Part shown: positions 14,340 through 18,769 of the stretch, one piece after another
How positions within the stretch are numbered: the first letter of the stretch is position 1
Layout of the letters: every line of letters starts with the position of its first letter
Source: a virus
Taxonomy: Duplodnaviria; Heunggongvirae; Uroviricota; Caudoviricetes
DNA: 18,769 nt
IMG/VR virus record: IMGVR_UViG_3300005613_000034
Strand: one strand, 5' to 3'
The notes under the pieces: generated by a model
Databases searched by the model: none
What the model saw: the letters and a program-made list of their open reading frames with translations, nothing else
Told to the model about the DNA's origin: nothing
Program-made: the position numbers and the translations under genes

Positions 14340-15357
14340 AAGAGTTAACAACACTCAAAAGTTCTTTTTTAAAATCCGGAATTTTAATTTTTTGAGATTT
14401 CAAATTTTTATTTTCAACACGTTTCAACAATTGACTAATTGAAAGTGGAGTATTTTTAAAAACATATTTGTTGCCGGGGGAAAGTTCTTTAAATGGTGGA
14501 ATATCAGACATAAAATAAGGTGTATTAAAAGCATTTGCTTCTAATAAAACTAAACCAAAACTTTCGTATGAAGAAGGAAAAATTACTGCACGAGCGTTTT
14601 TAATTAAATGTTTTTTATATTCATCTGTAACTTTTCCAAAAAAACAAAGGTTCCCGGTATTCAATTTTTTAAATTCGCGGGAATCAGTATTTAGCCCGGC
14701 GATGTATAAAGGGTATTTAGATTTTGATGCGTTATAACCTTGAATCAATTCTGCAATTTTTTTGTTAGGCCCGGCACGTCCAATATATAAATAATAGTTT
14801 TTTGAATCTTTTGGTTTTAAATTTGTATATTTATAATTAGAAAAGCCTTTAGGAAGATTGTACGGAATCACTTTAAATTTTGATTCATTTAAATTATATT
14901 TTTTTATCCAATGTTGTTTTTCCCATTCAGTAGCCGTAATAATAGTTGATGCGTTTCTAAAACAAGTTCGCCCCATTAACAATCCATAAGTTCTTTTTGA
15001 TAAAGCTGTTTTATTTGTATGAAAATCTCCACATGGCATAAAAATAAAAGGAATTTTATTTCTTTTTGCAAATCGTGAAGAAACATCACTAAAAGATTTA
15101 CCATATCCAAATGAGACAATAATGTCGGGCGAAAGAGATTTTAATTTCTCCTTCAACCCCGGCATCATTGAATAAGATGTCACCGCATTTAGTTCGATTA
15201 TTTTATATTTAGAATTGGACCTACCAGACATAGAAGCAGGTTGTGTTATTACCGTGACATCATGTTCTTGAGAAAGCGTATCTACAATCTCTTTACAGAC
15301 TAACTCAGCCCCACCAATGTTTGGTGGAAAAGAATTGCATAAAAAAATGATACGCAT
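14317..15357 (-). CDS. GT-B glycosyltransferase family 4
   Basis: FPPNIGGAE N-terminal motif, FPSSYESFGLVLLEA; true start ATG 15357 (leaderless). Confidence 0.92.
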   Translation of the reverse strand: MRIIFLCNSFPPNIGGAELVCKEIVDTLSQEHDVTVITQPASMSGRSNSKYKIIELNAVTSYSMMPGLKEKLKSLSPDIIVSFGYGKSFSDVSSRFAKRNKIPFIFMPCGDFHTNKTALSKRTYGLLMGRTCFRNASTIITATEWEKQHWIKKYNLNESKFKVIPYNLPKGFSNYKYTNLKPKDSKNYYLYIGRAGPNKKIAELIQGYNASKSKYPLYIAGLNTDSREFKKLNTGNLCFFGKVTDEYKKHLIKNARAVIFPSSYESFGLVLLEANAFNTPYFMSDIPPFKELSPGNKYVFKNTPLSISQLLKRVENKNLKSQKIKIPDFKKELLSVVNSYENSNVL

Positions 15358-15409
15358 ATATAAATAGTGTATAGAAACCTTTTTAAATGTTTTTACACAA
15401 TAATATATT
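15358..15409. promoter_or_regulatory. Bidirectional TATA promoter
   Basis: TTTTTAAA at 15380-15387 lies 30 nt from ATG 15357 (-) and from ATG 15410 (+). Confidence 0.65.
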
Positions 15410-15517
15410 ATGTCCTTGATATTTGGGCATGTGTTCCCTCCAAGACACAAAAAAGTGGGAAATAAAATGGTGCAAATCCATTCATATGCGGTGGCGAAGT
15501 GCTTATTTCCCTTATGA
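15410..15517 (+). CDS. Possible 35-aa leader peptide over a structured RNA (not in ORF track)
   Basis: MSLIFGHVFPPRHKKVGNKMVQIHSYAVAKCLFPL; ATGA overlap with the GT2 start. Confidence 0.4.
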   Translation: MSLIFGHVFPPRHKKVGNKMVQIHSYAVAKCLFPL

Positions 15518-16434
15518 TTATGAAACAAGTTAGTATAATAGTTCCTGCACACAATGAAGAAAAACATATAGAAAAATCACTCAATTCATTGATTACGCAA
15601 ACTTATGAAAATATTCAAATAATTGTTGTTGTAGATAATTCTACCGATAACACATTCAATGTTGCCAAAAAAGTTTTAAAAGGATTTCCTGATTTTAGAA
15701 TTATGGATGGGAATCATGGGTCTGCAGCACGCACAAGAAATCAAGGGGCGATGGTTTCTCATGGAGATATATTGATTTTTCATGATGCAGATTGTGTAGC
15801 AGATAAAAATATGGTAAAAAATGTTGTAAAACAAATTGAAAATGGTTACGATGGGGTAGCCACAAAAACAGATGTAGTCAATCCTAAAACACTTATAGAA
15901 CGAGCTATAAAAGCTGAAAGAAGTATTGGGTGGGAAATGAATCAATCCTCTGCGGTAGAAATAAGTAAAGGGGCCCCAGTTTTAGTTGCTAACATGAAAA
16001 AATCGGCATTTAATAAATTGGGGGGATTTAACGAAAAAATTTTTTATTTTGAAGACCAAGATTTAACTAATCGATTTTTTGATATGGGGTTTAAAGCGTG
16101 TTTTGCTCCTGATGTGATTGAATATCATAACGATCCGAGTACACTTAGTGAACAAATTAATCAAAGTCTTCAAAACGGAAAGGGAATTAGAACTCTTTTG
16201 AAACAAGGAAAATTTCATAAAATATTGATTCCATTATATCCTTTTGTGTTTTTAGGTGGGGTAATTTCTATATTTTTTGGTAATTTTATTTTAGCAGCCA
16301 TTCTATTTTCTCCTTTAATGTTTTTATATTTTGTTTTATTATCTAAATCAGATGATGTTCTTGGTGTTGTAACATTTTTACCTTTATTTTTAATTCGTAA
16401 TGTTTTTAAATTAATAGGGATGATTAAAGGATGA
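15514..16434 (+). CDS. Glycosyltransferase family 2 with C-terminal TM helices
   Basis: VSIIVPAHNEE, VVVDNSTD, IFHDAD, EDQDL; start 15514 or 15520. Confidence 0.93.
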   Translation: MIMKQVSIIVPAHNEEKHIEKSLNSLITQTYENIQIIVVVDNSTDNTFNVAKKVLKGFPDFRIMDGNHGSAARTRNQGAMVSHGDILIFHDADCVADKNMVKNVVKQIENGYDGVATKTDVVNPKTLIERAIKAERSIGWEMNQSSAVEISKGAPVLVANMKKSAFNKLGGFNEKIFYFEDQDLTNRFFDMGFKACFAPDVIEYHNDPSTLSEQINQSLQNGKGIRTLLKQGKFHKILIPLYPFVFLGGVISIFFGNFILAAILFSPLMFLYFVLLSKSDDVLGVVTFLPLFLIRNVFKLIGMIKG

Positions 16435-16946
16435 AAATTGATGTTGGTTGTGGAAATAATTGTAAACCTGGGTTTATTGGAGTAGATATAGCCAAATTTT
16501 CAGATGATGTTAAATATATTGTTAATTTAGAAAAAGAAAAACTTCCATTTAAAGATAATTCAGTAGAGGAAATTTATTGTGCTCATGTATTAGAACATTT
16601 ATCAAATCCTATAGAAGTTGTAGCAGAATTTAATAGAATCTTAATGCCCGGTGGAAAATTGACTATAAGAGTTCCTTATTTTGCAGATCCGAGAGCTAAC
16701 GTTCCTATGCATAAAAATTATTGGTCTTGTACATCAAAAATGTTTTTCAATAACTCATATTTTGAATTTGATATGAAATGGAATTCAGTGAAAATGGATG
16801 CACGTTTTTCTTCAGAAAATATTTTAGCAAAAATAATTGATGCTCCATTCAATCTTTTGGCTTGTGTTTGCGGGCTTGATTTATACGAAAGATATTTTTG
16901 TTATTTTAGACCATTCTACGAATTAAAATTTGAAATTATAAAATAA
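16431..16946 (+). CDS. Class I SAM-dependent methyltransferase
   Basis: IDVGCG, CAHVLEH, ILMPGGKL. Confidence 0.9.
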   Translation: MKIDVGCGNNCKPGFIGVDIAKFSDDVKYIVNLEKEKLPFKDNSVEEIYCAHVLEHLSNPIEVVAEFNRILMPGGKLTIRVPYFADPRANVPMHKNYWSCTSKMFFNNSYFEFDMKWNSVKMDARFSSENILAKIIDAPFNLLACVCGLDLYERYFCYFRPFYELKFEIIK

Positions 16947-17948
16947 TTATTTCAAAAAAGATGGTTTATTATATAAAAACCCGTTGTAAATAAAAATTCT
17001 TGCTTTGTGCATACAACTAATATAACTATTTTCTGATAATTTTATATAATCTTCTGCTATTTTTTTAGCTTTTTTAGAATATTCATTGAATAATTTTTCA
17101 TCACTTCTAATTTTATGATGAAGTCTACGTATTTCCGAAGGATGTTTAAAAACAAGATTTGGATCTAATTGAGATATAATATTTTTACAACCACATCTAT
17201 CAGAAACAAACGGAATTACCCCAAATAACATACCTTCGATAGGAGATAAACCAAACGGTTCAAAATCTGCAAATGAAACAATATAAGCCGCTTCATCAAT
17301 AGCTGCTTCATGAGGATTAGGATTAAACCCGCGATACTTAATTTCTTTATGTAACAAATATTTTTCCGGGCCATCACCATAAACAATCAATTTGTCGGAA
17401 GAATTAGCAAAATATTGATTCATTTCTTTAATACCTTTTGCTTTAACAAGGGCACCAACAAAATAAAAATTATCTTTATTTTTAAATAAAGGTTTAAAAT
17501 TATTTGGTAAATATTTCATTTTAGGATAAAAAACACAACTTTTAACTTTTTTATTATCAGGTAAAATTTCTTGCATTTGTTTCCCACTACAAAAGAACCA
17601 ATCAACCGCATTTAAAGATGCATTAGTCAATATTTGATCAACATCAAATGAATGTTTAAGATAAAAAAGTTTTGGATCGGCAGCAATGGCCATTAATTTT
17701 ATTTTCCGATGTTTTTTCTTATAAAAATATCCTGCCAACAAATCGCGGGTTAAACTTTCAGTCAATATCACGTCTGGTGCGATTTCTGCAATTTTAGATT
17801 GAACTGATTTTGCAGCAAGGATTTTTCCTACGAATGGAATTGAATATATTCCTCCGCTCGGGGTTTGTATTGAATCCGTTATTTCAAGTTTATTAGCCAA
17901 TTCCTTATGAGAATAATGTGGGGTTGTATAAATAAACACGGATTTCAT
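16947..17948 (-). CDS. GT-B glycosyltransferase family 4
   Basis: FVGALVKAKG, YGDGP, FEPFGLSPIEGM. Confidence 0.9.
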   Translation of the reverse strand: MKSVFIYTTPHYSHKELANKLEITDSIQTPSGGIYSIPFVGKILAAKSVQSKIAEIAPDVILTESLTRDLLAGYFYKKKHRKIKLMAIAADPKLFYLKHSFDVDQILTNASLNAVDWFFCSGKQMQEILPDNKKVKSCVFYPKMKYLPNNFKPLFKNKDNFYFVGALVKAKGIKEMNQYFANSSDKLIVYGDGPEKYLLHKEIKYRGFNPNPHEAAIDEAAYIVSFADFEPFGLSPIEGMLFGVIPFVSDRCGCKNIISQLDPNLVFKHPSEIRRLHHKIRSDEKLFNEYSKKAKKIAEDYIKLSENSYISCMHKARIFIYNGFLYNKPSFLK

Positions 17949-18000
17949 AATATATTATTATATAGAAAAGTATTTAAACATGTCGACACAAATTATATAT
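17949..18000. promoter_or_regulatory. Bidirectional TATA promoter
   Basis: TATTTAAA at 17971-17978 lies 30 nt from ATG 17948 (-) and from ATG 18001 (+). Confidence 0.7.
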
Positions 18001-18769
18001 ATGAAAAAAGTTCAATTTGTGATGGAAGAAGGATATAAATTTAAAGAATTGGTAGATTTGGGATTATACGCTTCTCATTCAATGCTTGGCGCGTATCATT
18101 TTGATAAAACAAATTGGGGAGAAATTGTAGAACCTAAAGATATTTCAAGAAATATAGATGTTCATGTTTTTAATTATCCAAAATTAATATTAAAAGGGCT
18201 TGGTAAACTTGGGTTAAAATGTGTTTTAATAAATATAAATAGCACACAAACAATTATAAAAGCTGTAAATTCTCCGGTAAAAAAAATTATTTCATCATTA
18301 CAAATTTTTTCTGTTTATGACGACATCGTGTGCTTAAGTGTCAGCCAAGTTGAACCATTAAACGCAGTTTTAAATTCAGTGCCATCAAAATTAGTTCAAG
18401 GTTTATCTGGCAAAACCCCAAAAATACATGTTATTCCGGCAGCAATAGATGATTCAATGATTCGGCAAATTGAAAAACAAAATCTTGAACAAAAAAATTA
18501 TTATTTGACATCTGGAAAAGATGCTGGTAGAGTATTTAAATTTAATATAAAAGATAAAAATATTAAAATAAAATCCATTGGTAATGGAAATTCTTTGCCA
18601 TATAATTTGTATTTAAAAGAGTTATTACAAAGTAAAGGATTGATTTTAAAAACAGTTAGAAATTCTAAAAGTAGTGATTTGAGTGGAGTTACAACTTTTA
18701 TGGAGGGGTTAGTTGCAAAAAACCAGTTTTTATAAATCCGCAGCCGTGGTTAGAAGATTATCCCATGAA
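18001..18769 (+). CDS. GT-B (GT4-like) glycosyltransferase, frameshifted at A6 run 18717-18722, runs off window
   Basis: TSGKDAGR; ...TFMEGLVAK continues as KPVFINPQPWLEDYPM in the -1 frame; zero frame stops at 18735. Confidence 0.7.

Noticed and set aside
15457-15511. Cobalamin riboswitch (GGGAA...GGUGCAAAUCC) or permuted tRNA
   Set aside because: It lacks the downstream GC-x-ACUG and B12-box motifs, and there is too little sequence for acceptor and D arms.
15358-15567. N-terminal extension of ORF 14317..15567
   Set aside because: It crosses the divergent promoter and the GT2 start; the GT4 motif begins at 15357.
4397-15945. Shadow ORFs 4397..4600, 4527..4733, 6573..6782, 11943..12149, 13548..13985, 14027..14215 and 15676..15945
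   Set aside because: They lie within better-supported genes in other frames or strands and have no motifs.
1-18769. Genome-wide stop-codon reassignment or suppressor tRNA
   Set aside because: TAA, TGA and TAG all end well-formed genes, and no complete tRNA has a CUA, UUA or UCA anticodon (the anticodon of the partial tRNA at 1-25 is not visible).
1-18769. CRISPR array, integrase or transposase
   Set aside because: No regularly spaced repeats or recognisable recombinase/transposase motifs are seen; the HNH gene is only possibly mobile.

Overview
AT-rich window that most likely comes from a large archaeal virus or extrachromosomal element; a DPANN-like genome island is not excluded. The evidence is archaeal BRE/TATA promoters about 30 nt before mostly leaderless ATGs, GGTGA/GGAG ribosome-binding sites, and intronless tRNAs without encoded CCA, alongside phage-type genes (Nmad1/DUF1599, HNH, Rnl2-like RNA ligase, ParB-like, HExxH peptidase, AEP-like). 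It holds 14 complete tRNAs (a 13-gene minus-strand array at 7209-8525 plus tRNA-Val) and one partial tRNA, a glycosyltransferase/methyltransferase cluster (12.5-18.8 kb), several unlisted microproteins and several structured non-coding segments. Main finding: directly downstream of the tRNA array lies a minimal (~206 aa) aRF1/eRF1-type release factor (6543-7164, minus). The ORF track reports only its 3' part. Its NIKS-containing N-terminal ORF stops at CUU-UAG-C, and the YxC and GGQ motifs continue in the +1 frame. This is the same geometry as the bacterial prfB (RF2) CUU-UGA-C autoregulatory frameshift. All calls are by eye; no searches or folding programs were run, and single-base sequence errors cannot be excluded.
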